A stretch of DNA of 64,000 bases from NCBI GenBank assembly GCA_035627015.1, contig DASPMO010000081.1, positions 8,339-72,338 of the forward strand. The letters are read 5' to 3'. This stretch comes from Thermoanaerobaculia bacterium. Its GTDB lineage: Bacteria; Acidobacteriota; Thermoanaerobaculia; Gp7-AA8. The notes beneath the pieces were generated by a model. The model was not told where the DNA came from. It did no database searches and saw only the letters and a program-made list of their open reading frames with translations. Every line of letters starts with the position of its first letter. Position 1 is the first letter of the stretch. Below are positions 24,407-32,820 of the stretch, one piece after another. A program made the position numbers and the translations under genes.

Positions 24407-27400
24407 CTATTGCGGACGCAGCAGCATGACGCTGCCGCCTGCTACTTCGCCGCGGGAACGTTGCACGATGGAGACTCGCGACGTGGTCCTCCCCTCCGGT
24501 GTGGCGATCACGCCCGCGGTCACCCGCTGGCCGGGGCGCAGGTCGACGAACAGCGAGGCTTCGTCACTGCCAACTTCCCACGCGTTGGCCGGATCGAGTC
24601 CCATCGCCTCCAGCTTCCGCACCAGCTCCGCCTCGGTCACGCGCGTCTGCCGCACGCTTCCCTCGCCCGCGCGCGCGGTGAGGCCGGCGGGCAGCACCAT
24701 GCGCACGCTGCCGCGCAGGCCGGGCTTCGCGAACACGAGCTCGACGTCGAGGATGTCCTGCGGCAGTTTCAGCAGGTCGAGCGGCCAGAGCTTCGGCACG
24801 CGCACGCTGTCGACGTCGAACGGGGCGATGCGCACGTTCCGCAGGGCGATGTGACGCGAGCCCGGCACGAGGACGGACGGCGCCAGGATGTTGTTGTCGC
24901 GGATGGATGGATCGAGCGTGTCCTGGGGCGACTCGACGATGGTCAGCATCGTCGCGCCGCCGTCGGCGCCGAACGGCACCTTCCAGTCGAAGCGCGCCAC
25001 CTCCGGCATGATGGGCGCCACCGAGGCGATCGTGCGGCACGGCTGCTCGGGGTCGACGAGCTGCCAGCCCGTGGTCGGATCGAGCGGCCCGCAGACTCCG
25101 TTGGCTGGGAAGGTCTTGGTCCAGAACGTCTCCGGCAGATGCTCGAACTTGGCCCCGGAGTTGTTCCAGAGCACGATCACGCGCGTCTTCTGCACCGGCT
25201 CCACGCCGCGGTTCGTGACCTGCACGTACACGCGCGCGGCCTTGAACGCCTCCGGTGAGGAATCGACGATCGAGCCGGCAGGGCAGTCGGAGATGGACGA
25301 CGGGCAGAGCTCGAATTCGACCGAGTCCGCACTGTCGATCTTGTTCTTGTACGGCGCGTTCGACGGCACGTCGATGCGGATGTCGCGCGAGGTCCACCAC
25401 CACGCCTTGCCAGCCACCGTGTCGTCGGGCTTGTAGAACGTGCCCTGCGGCAGCACGACGTCGACGATGGGATGCTCCGCATCCGGCACGCCGCACGGCG
25501 AGGTCTCGCGGCCGTCGTCGTACACGCAGTCGCGGACGACGAGCATGCGCGCCTTGCAGCTCGCCTCCTTGCGGATGTCGCGGCGGAACGCGCCGAAGCC
25601 GAAGCTGCCGATCGACAGGATGCCGGTCTGCGGATCGGCCCAGATGTCGTTGATCTCCATGCCGTCCGGCAGTCCCTCATTGAACGTGTCCCAGCTCGCG
25701 GTGAAGGGCATGCCCGGCGTGAGCACGCCGCGGTAGACGCCCATGGACGTCGCGGCATAGAGCACGTTCGGGTCGAACGGATCGACGACTACCTTCCGCA
25801 CGTCGGACGCGATGTTGTTCGGGAACGTGCCGGCGATCTTGAAGTACGGCCCGCCGGTGGACATGTAGATGCGCGCGGCCGGATCCCGGTACGTCACGTA
25901 GGAGCGGTTCTTGTCGTTGGGATCGAAGATCAGCGACGACGGCTCGGCGTCGGCCGGCAGACCGCTGACCGTGTCCCAGCTCATGCCGCCGGTGTCCGTG
26001 CGGATCACGTACGGACTGAACGCCGGCCCCTGACCATTACACCTGTAGGCGACGGCCGCGAGATAGGTCTGGAAATTGGCCGACGGCGCGCTGGCGAGAG
26101 CGATGGCGGCGCCCCCCGCCTTGAAGTTCGGCTTGGTATCCGTCCACGCCACCCCGTCGACCGTCTTGACGATGGTCTTCTTGCCGCAGGTGCCGCTGCC
26201 CGCGAGCGCGGCTTTCGGCGTGACGATGTCGGTGATCACCGGCGGCCCCGGCTTCGGGTCGCCGAACTTGATCATCTCGCCGGTGAAGAACGTGCCGGGG
26301 TCGGGGCCGCCGGGCGTGCCGGGCACCGGGTTGGTGAACTCGTCGATGACCTCGTTGTTGTTGCAGTTCGCGTAGAGCGTGTCGGGGTTCTTCGCATCCG
26401 AGCCGACGTCGAAGCCGTCGCAGCCGCCGGGGTTGTACCAGGTGCGGTTGCCGAACGAGATGCCGGTGCCGTTGTCCTGCATCCCGCCCGCGAGCAGCGT
26501 CGGGAAGCTGCGGTTCGAGGTCATGAAGTAGAACATCGAGATGACCATGCCGTGCGAGACGTCGGTCCAGTGCCACTTGGCCTGCGAGAGGTCGGTGGAG
26601 CGGTCGATGCCGCCGTCGTTGCCGACGTAGATGATCTTCGGATTGAACGGGTCGAACGCCAGCGTGTGAAAGTCGGCGTGGGCCATGAGCGGATAGGCCG
26701 GGTCGGTCTCCTCGTTCGCCATGTCCCACTCGTAGCCGCCGTCGGTCGACATCCACATCTCGATCCCGCCGGCGTAGACACGCAGCGGATCGGTGGGGTC
26801 GACCTCCAGCATCGTGTTGTACCACCCCATCCCCTCGTCCGGCACCGCATCGTCCTTCAGGACCGGCAGCGGCTCCCATGCTTTCACTCCCTCCGCGGCG
26901 GTGACGGTCTTGAAGAGACCGATCAGCGTCTGGTCGGAGCGCTGGGAGACCTTGGTGTAGAGAATGTTCGGGTGGGACTGGGAGATGGCGATGCTGAACG
27001 TCTCCGCGTCGGCGAGCGGGATGCCGTTGCTCTTCAGTTGCCAGGAGGTCGCCTTCTGCCACTTGTGGACGCCGACGGTCCAGGCGGGATTCGTGAGGCT
27101 GTTCTCGCGCACGCCGGCATAGATGATCCGCGGGTTGACCGAGAAATCGACGGCGATGTCGTGCGTGGTGGCGTCGAAGCCGTCGATGCGATCGAAGGTG
27201 AGGTTGCCGTTCGCGTCGTGCGTTCCGAGCCAGACGCCGTTCCTCGCCGCGACGTACACGTGATGCGGCGGCGCGGGGTCGTAGATGATGCGGTAGACGA
27301 TGCCGTTGTCGAACTTGGCCGGCAGCACTTTCGACCACGTGCCGGGCGCGCCGAAGCTCGTCGAGCGCCACATGCCGTCGCCGTTGTAGACCGGGTGCAT

Positions 27401-27910
27401 CCCCATCTGCGAGTCGCCGCCTCCGGCGAGGATCTCGTTCGGGGCGCCCGGATTCACCGCGATCGCGCCGAACACGGTGGCCAGGAAGTCGTCCGACACG
27501 CGCTCCCATCGCCGTCCCGCGGTGAACGAGCGCCACAGCCCGCCGACCGTGGCCGCGTAGATGCGCTGGTTGTTGGTCGGATCGATGGCGATCGAGTTCA
27601 CCCGGCCGTTGAGGTTCGTCGGCCCCGCGCTCGTCCACGCGCAGCCGTTCGCACCGGTTTCCCCCGGCCCGTCCGCGCGCACTTTGCGGAAGCTCTCCCG
27701 CGCGAAATCGAACTGCGTGCCGGCCGGCAGGTGCCGGTCATGGTTCGCCCGCCGCGCTTCCTGCAGCGCCTCGTAATCGCGCCGGCGCTGCTCGAAGTCG
27801 GCGTAGCTGGACTGGCGGTACAGCTCGAGCATGCGCTCGAAGTTCTCTCCGGCGAGCGCCGTGCCGCACATCATCCATAGACAGACCACTGCCACGAATC
27901 TCTTCATCAC
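24407..27910 (-). CDS. secreted BNR/Asp-box repeat beta-propeller protein (sortilin/GH74-like fold) with a large uncharacterised C-terminal region
   Basis: Signal peptide MMKRFVAVVCLWMMCGTALAG. Asp-box-like motifs GLWRSFTAGRRWERV, MWRSTSFGAPGTWSKV, MWMSTDGGYEWD, GIDRSTDLSQAKWHW and IRTDTGGMSWDTV. Confidence 0.7.
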   Translation of the reverse strand: MMKRFVAVVCLWMMCGTALAGENFERMLELYRQSSYADFEQRRRDYEALQEARRANHDRHLPAGTQFDFARESFRKVRADGPGETGANGCAWTSAGPTNLNGRVNSIAIDPTNNQRIYAATVGGLWRSFTAGRRWERVSDDFLATVFGAIAVNPGAPNEILAGGGDSQMGMHPVYNGDGMWRSTSFGAPGTWSKVLPAKFDNGIVYRIIYDPAPPHHVYVAARNGVWLGTHDANGNLTFDRIDGFDATTHDIAVDFSVNPRIIYAGVRENSLTNPAWTVGVHKWQKATSWQLKSNGIPLADAETFSIAISQSHPNILYTKVSQRSDQTLIGLFKTVTAAEGVKAWEPLPVLKDDAVPDEGMGWYNTMLEVDPTDPLRVYAGGIEMWMSTDGGYEWDMANEETDPAYPLMAHADFHTLAFDPFNPKIIYVGNDGGIDRSTDLSQAKWHWTDVSHGMVISMFYFMTSNRSFPTLLAGGMQDNGTGISFGNRTWYNPGGCDGFDVGSDAKNPDTLYANCNNNEVIDEFTNPVPGTPGGPDPGTFFTGEMIKFGDPKPGPPVITDIVTPKAALAGSGTCGKKTIVKTVDGVAWTDTKPNFKAGGAAIALASAPSANFQTYLAAVAYRCNGQGPAFSPYVIRTDTGGMSWDTVSGLPADAEPSSLIFDPNDKNRSYVTYRDPAARIYMSTGGPYFKIAGTFPNNIASDVRKVVVDPFDPNVLYAATSMGVYRGVLTPGMPFTASWDTFNEGLPDGMEINDIWADPQTGILSIGSFGFGAFRRDIRKEASCKARMLVVRDCVYDDGRETSPCGVPDAEHPIVDVVLPQGTFYKPDDTVAGKAWWWTSRDIRIDVPSNAPYKNKIDSADSVEFELCPSSISDCPAGSIVDSSPEAFKAARVYVQVTNRGVEPVQKTRVIVLWNNSGAKFEHLPETFWTKTFPANGVCGPLDPTTGWQLVDPEQPCRTIASVAPIMPEVARFDWKVPFGADGGATMLTIVESPQDTLDPSIRDNNILAPSVLVPGSRHIALRNVRIAPFDVDSVRVPKLWPLDLLKLPQDILDVELVFAKPGLRGSVRMVLPAGLTARAGEGSVRQTRVTEAELVRKLEAMGLDPANAWEVGSDEASLFVDLRPGQRVTAGVIATPEGRTTSRVSIVQRSRGEVAGGSVMLLRPQ

Positions 27911-27937
27911 TTCCTCCTTGTGTTGTGTGGGAGGAAG

Positions 27938-30766
27938 TTAGAGCGCGCGCGCCGAAAGCTCCTGAGGGTCCGGTGATGCTTTGGTGATGGAGGCGAAGAC
28001 TCGCGCGCCGTCGCAGCGCGCCAGCTCGGCCTCCGCCTCTTCCACGCCCTGCCGGTTCTTCAGCGACGCTGCGATGGCGCGCGCCGCAAGCGCGCACTCG
28101 CGCGCCGCCTCGGAATCGCCGCGGGCGATCTTCAGCCGGGCCATGTCCGTGAGGATGCGGAACTCGTCGTCGCGGTCGCCGATGCGGCGGATCATCGTCA
28201 GGGAGCGCTCGAGCAGCTCCGCCGACTCGTCGAGCGCGCCCGTCTCACAGCGCGCGCGTCCGAGGAGCCAGAGGCACTCGGCCTCGCAATGCGCGTCGCC
28301 GATCGACGTCAGCTGACCGATGGCGCGGGTGAGATACGAGATGGCTTGGCCGTGCTCTCCTCGGGCCAGGTGCGCCTGGCCGATGCCCATGTTCGCCTTG
28401 GCCTCGCCGTTCACGTCGCCGACGGTGGCCGAGTCGGTGCGCGAGCGGATGGCGAGCTCGATGGCCTTGCCGTACTCGCCGCGCGAGAGGTGCGTCCAGT
28501 GCAGGCGCCGCAGCAGCAGCGCGCGCTCGCGGATGGCCCCAACCCGATCGTGATAGTCGAGCGCCCGCCCGAGCAGGACCGCCCCTTCCGCGTACTGGCC
28601 GCGCAGGGCGAGCGACCAGCCGATGATGCCGTCGGCGAGCGCGGCGAGCTCCGCGCCGGGCTGGCCGGCGTGCAGCTCCTCGACCAGCGACGCGGCACGC
28701 TCGTAGTTCCCGATGGCCGCCTCGACGGCCGCGAGCTGCACGAGCGTGCGCGAGATCGCCGGACCGTTCTCGAGACCAAGAAAGAGATCGAGCGCCTGCG
28801 TGAGCGAGGCGCGCGCGGCGGTGTAGTCGCTCAGCGCGATCGCGGTCAGGCCGCGCAGGTAGAGCGCGCGGCCGAGCGGCAGCGGATCGCCCGCGGCGAC
28901 GGCGACGGCGCGGTCGAGGACCGCGGCCGACTCGCGGATCCGCCCCGCGGCACGCCACGACTCGCCGAGGGCGAGCAGCAGCTCGAGGGACTGGGCGGAG
29001 GTCAGCGTGAAGGAGCGGGAGGTTTCTTCCACGTGCTCGATGAGCGCGACCGCCTTCCGCCACTCCGAGCGGCTGCCGGCCGCGCGCCAGGCGCGCATGC
29101 CGGCGTCGAAGGCGCGCCGCGGCTCTCCCGCCGCCGCATGATGCGCCGCCAGCGCCTCGGCCACGCGCTCGCTCTCCGCGCCGTACACCGATTCCAGCGC
29201 GGCCCCGGCGCGCGCGTGCAGCTCGCGCCGGCGGCGCGGCGGAATGGAGTCGTACACCACGTGCCGCAGGATGGAGTGCTGGAAGCGGCAATCCTCGCCG
29301 GGAGTGAGTCCGTGAATCGACAGCACGCCGCCGCGCACGCCTTCACTCAGCATCTCCTCGACCTCGTCGAGGCGCACGCCGGTGATCGCGCAGAGCGTGG
29401 TCACGTGGAACTCCTCGCCGATCACCGACGCGTGCTCGAGCATCACGCGCACGTGCTCCGGCAGGCGCTCGACCTTCGCGCGCGCGGCGGTGACGATCGT
29501 CTCCGGCAGCGACAGATCGCGCACGCCGTTCCAGCGCCAGCAGCGCGAGCTCTCCTCCGGCACGATCGCCCCGGCGGCCACGAGATGCCGCAGCGTCTCG
29601 ACCAGGAAGTACGGATTCCCCCCGGTGAGCGCGTGCAGCGTCTCGAGGTCGTTGCGCGGCACTTCGCTGCCGCGGCGGATGCCGAAGATCCTGCCGATGA
29701 CCTCGCGGCAATCGCGCTCGGCGAGACGCTGCAGGCGCACGGTCGTGTACGTCCGGCGCACCGCCTGCTCGGCGAGCCAGGCGTGCACCGGGTGATCCGC
29801 GCTCTCCGCCTCGTCGGTGCGCACAGTGGCGACGAGCATCAGCGGCTCGCTGTCGAGCATGCGCATGAGGCAGCCGAGGACGTCGAGGCTGGCCGGATCG
29901 GCCCACTGCAGATCGTCGAGGACCAGGACCAGCGGCTGCCGCCGGCTCAGCGCCAGCCACGCGCGGCAGATCGGCACGATGAAGCGGAAGCGATCGCCGT
30001 CATTGCCGCCGACCGCATCGCCGCGATTCGATTCCTCGAAGAGCTCGGCCGGCAGCCGGATCCCGCACGCGGCCTCGATGGAGTCGCGCAGCGGCGTGTC
30101 GCCGGACGGCTTGCCGTTGATCGCCGCGCTGCGCAGGAGATCGAGGAACAGCTCGTAGGGGGCGAGGCGCGCGCCGCGGTAATCGAAGAAACGGCCGTAC
30201 AGCGCCACCGCTCCCTGCTCGACCGCCCATCGCCGGAAGTGCCGCACGAGCTGCGTCTTGCCGATCCCCGCCTCGCCGACCACCGCCACCGGCCGCGGCG
30301 CGCCTTCGCGCGCGCTGCGAAACTCGGCGCGCAGCGTGAGGAGCTCCGCGTCGCGCGCGGCGAGCTGGTCGTAGTTCGGCACGAGCTCCGGCAGGGACTC
30401 GGCGGGGGGCGTACTGACAATTTTCGGCACCGCGGTGTCAATGCGTGTCACCGGCGCGATGAACCGATAGCCGCGGCCGTGATACGTGGCGATGAAGCGC
30501 GACTGCTCCGCGTCGTCGCCGATGGTGCGCCGGATCTGCGAGACCGCCCGCTTCAGCACGCCGTCGGTCGTGAACACGTCGGCCCACACTTCCTCGAGCA
30601 GCTCTTCCTTCGAGAGGACGCGGTCGTTGTGCTCGACGAGATAGCGCAGCACGCGCACGGCGCGCGGCTCGAGCGGCACGACGTCGCCGCCGCGATAGAG
30701 CAGTTCGACGCCGTGCACGAGATGAAAGGCGCCGAACTGCAGAACCGATCCGTTCATGGCATTCAT
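27938..30766 (-). CDS. OmpR/PhoB-type winged-helix DNA-binding domain, AAA (STAND-like) ATPase and TPR regulator
   Basis: N-terminal LEPRAVRVLRYLVEHNDRVLSKEELLEEVWADVFTTDGVLKRAVSQIRRTIG...GRGYRFIA. Walker A VVGEAGIGKTQL, Walker B LVLVLDDLQWAD. TPR-like C-terminal half. Confidence 0.8.
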   Translation of the reverse strand: MNAMNGSVLQFGAFHLVHGVELLYRGGDVVPLEPRAVRVLRYLVEHNDRVLSKEELLEEVWADVFTTDGVLKRAVSQIRRTIGDDAEQSRFIATYHGRGYRFIAPVTRIDTAVPKIVSTPPAESLPELVPNYDQLAARDAELLTLRAEFRSAREGAPRPVAVVGEAGIGKTQLVRHFRRWAVEQGAVALYGRFFDYRGARLAPYELFLDLLRSAAINGKPSGDTPLRDSIEAACGIRLPAELFEESNRGDAVGGNDGDRFRFIVPICRAWLALSRRQPLVLVLDDLQWADPASLDVLGCLMRMLDSEPLMLVATVRTDEAESADHPVHAWLAEQAVRRTYTTVRLQRLAERDCREVIGRIFGIRRGSEVPRNDLETLHALTGGNPYFLVETLRHLVAAGAIVPEESSRCWRWNGVRDLSLPETIVTAARAKVERLPEHVRVMLEHASVIGEEFHVTTLCAITGVRLDEVEEMLSEGVRGGVLSIHGLTPGEDCRFQHSILRHVVYDSIPPRRRRELHARAGAALESVYGAESERVAEALAAHHAAAGEPRRAFDAGMRAWRAAGSRSEWRKAVALIEHVEETSRSFTLTSAQSLELLLALGESWRAAGRIRESAAVLDRAVAVAAGDPLPLGRALYLRGLTAIALSDYTAARASLTQALDLFLGLENGPAISRTLVQLAAVEAAIGNYERAASLVEELHAGQPGAELAALADGIIGWSLALRGQYAEGAVLLGRALDYHDRVGAIRERALLLRRLHWTHLSRGEYGKAIELAIRSRTDSATVGDVNGEAKANMGIGQAHLARGEHGQAISYLTRAIGQLTSIGDAHCEAECLWLLGRARCETGALDESAELLERSLTMIRRIGDRDDEFRILTDMARLKIARGDSEAARECALAARAIAASLKNRQGVEEAEAELARCDGARVFASITKASPDPQELSARAL

Positions 30767-30885
30767 GACGAGTTTCGGAACTGCCGGAACTAATTGGTGA
30801 TGACCTGGACGCCCTTCCCTAACGCAAGCGGCATGCCGCCGCGAGGCGCAATTTTTCGATCGCAGGCCGGAAACATGTGATCGCA

Positions 30886-31095
30886 GGGCACAGCAATCTG
30901 CTCGCGGAGCACAACCATCTGCTCGCCGGGCATAACCACGTGCTCAACAGGCATAACGTCGCGCTCGCCGGGCATAACTTTACGCTCGCCGGGCATAACT
31001 TTACGCTCTGCGAGCGCAATGTTATGCCCGCGGAGCACATCGTTGTGCCCGGAGAGCACGTTGTTGCGTGCGCGGAGCACATGAATGCCATCCAG
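30886..31095. repeat. about 10 x 21-bp array: six direct units then about four inverted units (symmetry centre near 31010)
   Basis: Units at 30886, 30907, 30928, 30949, 30970 and 30991 (G[G/A]GCA[C/T]AAC-N4-CGCTCGCC). The inverted unit GCGAGCGCAATGTTATGCCC follows, with further 21-bp-spaced GAGCAC units. The array lies 120-330 bp upstream of the regulator start at 30766. Confidence 0.9.
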
Positions 31096-31224
31096 GGACG
31101 AGCGCGCGCGTGCACGGACGGCATCGGCACGCTCAACGCACGGATTCACGCGCTGCAAGACCAGCCCGATCCGCGGAAAAGTCAGTTGCGAGCGAACCAG
31201 TGGTGACGGCGCGCGGTGCCGTTA

Positions 31225-31333
31225 TGGAGTGCGGCAGCGCCAGCTGCCGCTTTCAATGCCGCAGCGCCAGCTGCGGCGGCGGAGGCTTGCGCCTCCGCCA
31301 TGGAGAGCGGCAGCTCACCGCTGCCGCACTCCA
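31225..31333. repeat. family-1 palindromic intergenic element, copy C
   Basis: TGGAGTGCGGCAGCGCCAGCTGCCGCTTTCAA ... CATGGAGAGCGGCAGCTCACCGCTGCCGCACTCCA. Confidence 0.85.
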
Positions 31334-31366
31334 AAAAAAGGCGGCCCGGAGGGCCGCCTTTTTCAT
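31333..31366 (-). terminator. bidirectional intrinsic terminator (A-run, hairpin, T-run), serving the recombinase gene
   Basis: AAAAAAAGGCGGCCC-GGA-GGGCCGCCTTTTT. On the minus strand the hairpin is followed by a T7 run, 16 nt after the stop at 31382. Confidence 0.8.
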
Positions 31367-31381
31367 TCGCTCGTGCGAGGC

Positions 31382-32350
31382 TTATGCTTTTTTCTTGATG
31401 AGCAGCCGTGGCTCGGCGCTCATGGAAGCGGAGGCCGCGGTGCGGCCGCGCTTCTGGATCGGAAGGCGCGTGTAGACCTGCGTGGAGAGGATCGACGCGT
31501 GGCCGAGGATCTCCTGCACTTCCTTGATGTCGGCGCCGCTGGAGACGAGCTGCGCGGCCATGGTGTGGCGCAGCGAGTGCGGCGTGACGTGGCGCTTGAT
31601 CTCCGCGAGGCGGACGTGCTTCTTGAAGATGTTCTCGATCGAGTAGATCGTCAGGCGCGTGCCGGAGCGGCCGACGAAGAGCGCCTGCGTGGAGAGCGAG
31701 CGCTCGCCGCGGAGCTCGAGGTAATTCTGCATCGCCTCGGGCAGCGTCTCGGACGAGAGCGCCACCACGCGGCCGCGCGTGGCGCGTCCGGTGATCTGGA
31801 TCTGCCTGCGGTCGATGTCGACGTCCGAGACGTTCAGCGCCACCAGCTCGCCGATGCGGATGCCGGTCGAGAAGAGGAGCTCGATGATGACATTGTCGCG
31901 CACGGCACAGAAGTAGCGGTTGCGGCTGCCGGCCGAGTGATCGCGGGCCATGGCCAGCTCTTCGACCTGCTCCTTCGGAGCGGCCAGCAGCGCGCGCACC
32001 TCGCGATTTGACAGGACGGTCGGAACGCGGTTCTCGACCGGCTTGCGGATCTTGAGCTTGCGGGCAGGCGACTCGGTGACGATCCCCTGCTCCTCGAGGA
32101 AGCGGAAGAACACTTTCAGCGCGGCCACCTTGCGGCGCACCGATGTGTCGCGGTACGGGCCGCCGCCGAGCTTGTCGAGGTAGACCTCGAGATGCTCGGG
32201 AGTGATGTCCGTCGCCGGGGTGTCACTCATGTGAAGGTGGAACTGCGCCAGGTCGGACTGATACGCACGAAGTGTCCGATCGGACAAGTTTCGGACGGTC
32301 TGTCCATGCTGGAGGAATTGGTCGATCGCCTGCTGCACGTTCATAGTCAA
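31382..32350 (-). CDS. tyrosine site-specific recombinase, XerC/XerD-like
   Basis: Catalytic residues in context: TGIRIGEL (Arg), HSLRHT (His-x-x-Arg), LGHASILSTQVYT (His, Tyr). N-terminal SAM-like core-binding domain. Confidence 0.8.
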   Translation of the reverse strand: MTMNVQQAIDQFLQHGQTVRNLSDRTLRAYQSDLAQFHLHMSDTPATDITPEHLEVYLDKLGGGPYRDTSVRRKVAALKVFFRFLEEQGIVTESPARKLKIRKPVENRVPTVLSNREVRALLAAPKEQVEELAMARDHSAGSRNRYFCAVRDNVIIELLFSTGIRIGELVALNVSDVDIDRRQIQITGRATRGRVVALSSETLPEAMQNYLELRGERSLSTQALFVGRSGTRLTIYSIENIFKKHVRLAEIKRHVTPHSLRHTMAAQLVSSGADIKEVQEILGHASILSTQVYTRLPIQKRGRTAASASMSAEPRLLIKKKA

Positions 32351-32457
32351 GTCACTTTAGCCGTGGATTGGGAGAATGGGCCGACTCGAAGTCTACGCGC
32401 CGCCCCAAGTTTGTCAACATTTATTTGCTTAGCAGATTATGCTGAAAAGGCATTGAA

Positions 32458-32820
32458 GTGAAGGGATTACGACTTTACGTCCGGCCGATCGAGGCCACCG
32501 ATCACGACGCCGTGGGCGCATTTCTCGGCACCGGGACGCCCCCGGCATGGGGGCTGCTCGGCAAGCTCCTCGGCGACCTCGTGGCGGTGGTGGCGCTCGA
32601 GATCACCGGCGACACGCTGCGCGTGCAAGACATCTTCGTCGCGCCCGCGCTCCGGCGGAAACGCATCGGCCGCGTGATGATGCGCGAGGTCGAGCAGCTC
32701 GCGGCGAAGCTCGAACAGCGCCGCATCATCGTGGACGACGCACGCGGCGCGCAGGAGTTCTTCCGGCGTGTCGGTTTTGAAAACAGTGAGGGGGACAGAT
32801 GGGTCAGGGTCGTGGCGTAG
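32458..32820 (+). CDS. small GNAT-family N-acetyltransferase
   Basis: 120 aa. AcCoA-binding-like VAPALRRKRIGRVMM. Confidence 0.6.
   Translation: MKGLRLYVRPIEATDHDAVGAFLGTGTPPAWGLLGKLLGDLVAVVALEITGDTLRVQDIFVAPALRRKRIGRVMMREVEQLAAKLEQRRIIVDDARGAQEFFRRVGFENSEGDRWVRVVA

Noticed and set aside
2745-31095. Possible CRISPR arrays (regular short repeats at 2745-2912 and 30886-31095)
   Set aside because: Units are contiguous with no unique spacers. The repeat length of 21 bp is too short, and no cas genes are in the window.
31382-32350. Xer-like tyrosine recombinase as the integrase of the defence island
   Set aside because: It lies more than 7 kb beyond the nearest plausible island border, separated by host-like genes. 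It has the XerC/D-type N-terminal domain and its own strong terminator. A housekeeping Xer or an unrelated recombinase is more parsimonious.
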